Shown: positions 61,630 through 64,000 of the stretch, piece by piece | How positions within the stretch are numbered: the first letter of the stretch is position 1 | How the letters are laid out: each line of letters starts with the position of its first letter | Assembly: GCF_902713615.1 (NCBI RefSeq) | Contig: NC_052150.1 | Coordinates: forward strand, 27,552,000 to 27,615,999 | DNA length: 64,000 nucleotides | From: Scyliorhinus canicula | Lineage: Eukaryota | Direction: 5' to 3' | Program-made: the position numbers and the translations under genes | The notes under the pieces: model-generated | Seen by the model: the letters and a program-made list of their open reading frames with translations, nothing else | Told to the model about the DNA's origin: nothing | Databases searched by the model: none

Positions 61630-64000
61630 TATGAACATGAACCCGCTCTGCCATTTAATAAGATCATGGCTGATCTGATAGTAATCTAAATTTCTATCTT
61701 GCCCATCCCTGATAACCTATCACTGCCTTTATCATCAAGAATCTATCCACCTCTGCCTTAAAAATATTCAAAGACGATGTTTCCACCTCATTTTCAGGAA
61801 GATAGTTCCCCACTGGCACAGTGGTTAGCACAGCTGCCTCATAGCACCACAGACCCAGGTTCAATTCCAGCCTTGGGTGTCGTGTTTTTACACACTGTAT
61901 GCATGGGTTTCCTCTGGATGTTCTGGTTTCCTCCCACAGTCCAAAGCTGTGCGGGTTAGGTAGATTGGTCATGTTAAATTGCCCCTTCATGTCCAAGGAC
62001 ATGCTGGTTAGGTGGGGTTACGGGGCAGGGGAAGTGGGCCTAGTTGAGGTGCTCTTTCAGAGGATCGGTGCAGATATGAAGGGCTGAATGGCCGCCTCCT
62101 GCTCTGTGGGGATTTTGAGAGATAAACCTTTGCCTCATCTACGTTTTAAGTGGCTGATCTTCATCTTTAACAGTGACCCCTAGTTCTAGATTCTCATACA
62201 AGAGGAAACATCCTTTCCACATCCACCCTGTCGCGCTCCCTCCGGATTTTGTATGTTTCAGTCAATTAGCCTCTTGCTCTTCCAAACTCCAGCAGATGCA
62301 AGCCGAGCCTGTCTAACCTTTCCTCATAAGACAACCCGCTCATTCCAGGTTATTAGTCTAGTAAACCCTCTATGAATGGCTTCTAATGCACTTACATTAA
62401 ATATGGTGACCAATACTGTACACATTATTCCAGCTGTGGCCTTACTAATGCTCTGTATACCTAAAGCATAACCTCCCTACTGTTGCATTCAATTCCCTTT
62501 GCAATAAATGATAACATTCTACTGGCTTTCCGAATTACTTGGTGTACCTACATACAAGCCTTTTGTAATTCATGCACTCGGATACCCAGATCCCTCTGCA
62601 ACCTCTCAGCATTTAAATTACATACTTCTTTGTTTTTCCTCCCAAAATGGACCATGACACATTGCCCCACATTATGCTCCATTTGCCAGATCTTTGCCCA
62701 CTCATTTAACCCATCTACATCTTTTGTAGCCTCTGCCATCTTCACAATTTGCTTTCCTACCTATCTTTGTGTTATCAGCAAATTTGGCAACCATCCCTTC
62801 AATCCCAAGTCATTTATATGAATTGCAAACAGTTGAGGTCCAAGCACAGATCCATGTGGCATATGACTCGCTACATCTTGTCAACGTGAAGAAGACCCAT
62901 TAATATCTACTCTTCCTATCCATGCCAATATGTGTACCACTTATTCCATGAGATTTTACTTCCTGCCACCTGACGTGGCACCTTTATCAAATGCTTTCTG
63001 GATAGCTAAATACAGTGCATCTGCCAGATCCCCTTTATCCACAGCACATGTTACTTCCTCAGAACTCCAATAAGATGGCTAAACATGATTTCCCTTTTAC
63101 AAAGCCATGTTGTCTCTGCCTGATTACCTTAAACTTATCCAAGTGCCCTGCCATAGCTTCAGGTGTTAAACTAACTGGTCTGCAGTTTCCCACCTTGTCT
63201 CCCTTTGTGAAGAATGGAGTTACACCTTCCAATCTAATGGGACCTTCCCTGAATCTAGGGAGTTTCGGAAAATTAACACCAAAGCATCAACTATCTCACT
63301 AGCCATTTCCTTTAAGATCTGAGGGTGACGTCCATCAGGACACAGGCATTCCCCAGCCAACAGATCCAGGAATTTATTCCATGCCACTTCTCTAGTCATT
63401 GTAATTTTCCTGAGCTCCCCACTCCCTTCCATTTCCTGATTTGTAGTTGTTTCTGGGATGTTTTGTATCCTCAATAGTAAAGACTGATGCAAAATACCTG
63501 TTAATTCATCTGCCATTTCCTTGTTTTCCATTATCAATACCCCGACTGACTTTCTAAAGGGCCAACGTTCACTGTTAAAACTCGTTTTTTTTTATTTTTC
63601 CCTCCTAATTAATCTTTTAGTCATCCGTTTCTGTTCCTTCTATTCTGTACAATCTGACCTTCCATCTATCTTTGCACAATTATAAGCTTTCTCTTTAACC
63701 TTTTAGTTAACCATGGACAGTCTGTCAGTCCCTTCGACTTTTTCTTACTAGTTGGAATGTATCTATTCTAAAATATCCCTTTAAAATGTTTGCCACTGCA
63801 TCTCTATTCACCTATTCCTTAACCTAATTGCCAATTCCCTTTAGCCAGCTCTTCTCTCATGCTCTCCTAATTGCCCGTTGTTAAGTTTAAGAACATAGTT
63901 TCGGACCCACTCCTCTCTCCGTCAAACTGATTGCAAAATTCATTCACATTATGGTCACTGCTACCTAGGGGTGCCTTTACCGTGGTCATTAGTCAATACA
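61630..64000 (-). mobile_element. Decayed CR1 LINE (ORF2), runs off the window
   Basis: NKEMADEL; PDGRHPQILKEMASEIVDALVLIFRNSLDSGKVPLDWK; WAKIWQMEHNVGQCVMVHFGRKN; 3' tail near 61630. Confidence 0.85.
61815..62113 (+). mobile_element. V-SINE nested in CR1
   Basis: tggcacagtggttagcac A box; ggttcaattcc B box; tail A. Confidence 0.85.

Noticed and set aside
7460-62087. Recurring peptides such as LGHCLCGVCTFSPCLRGFPPGAPVSSHSPK and WVSSGCSGFLPQ
   Set aside because: Translations of the V-SINE body, not a protein family
1-64000. CRISPR array, prokaryotic operon or defence system
   Set aside because: No regularly spaced direct repeats and no gene-dense coding; all recognisable content is vertebrate TE-derived

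Overview
This is vertebrate DNA, almost certainly from an elasmobranch (shark, catshark-like), and it is non-coding and dense in transposons. I found no intact host protein-coding exon, tRNA, rRNA or CRISPR array, and most ORF-track entries are chance ORFs in repeats. Recognisable content: many tRNA-derived V-SINEs (HE1-like) with interchangeable 3' tails; old Deu-domain SINEs (SacSINE1/AmnSINE1-like); CR1-clade LINE fragments, one of them young and 5'-truncated with an uninterrupted 387-aa RT/C-terminal ORF; many GC-rich PIF/Harbinger MITEs (TIR ~GGGCGGGATTCTCC, 3-bp TSD); one hAT MITE; Gypsy LTR elements (solo LTRs and a gag-only internally deleted provirus); and a decayed Harbinger with a spliced Myb/SANT-like ORF that contains a histone H2B pseudogene. 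Repeat-free, motif-rich islands between the TEs look like conserved non-coding elements of a large developmental-gene intron or gene desert (inference). The most unusual observations are the H2B copy inside the Harbinger, an inverted duplication that includes a MITE plus its flank, modular tail swapping in V-SINEs, a CTCF motif in an LTR, and the pol-deleted Gypsy. Family names come from recall of consensus motifs, not database searches, and the boundaries of decayed repeats are approximate.
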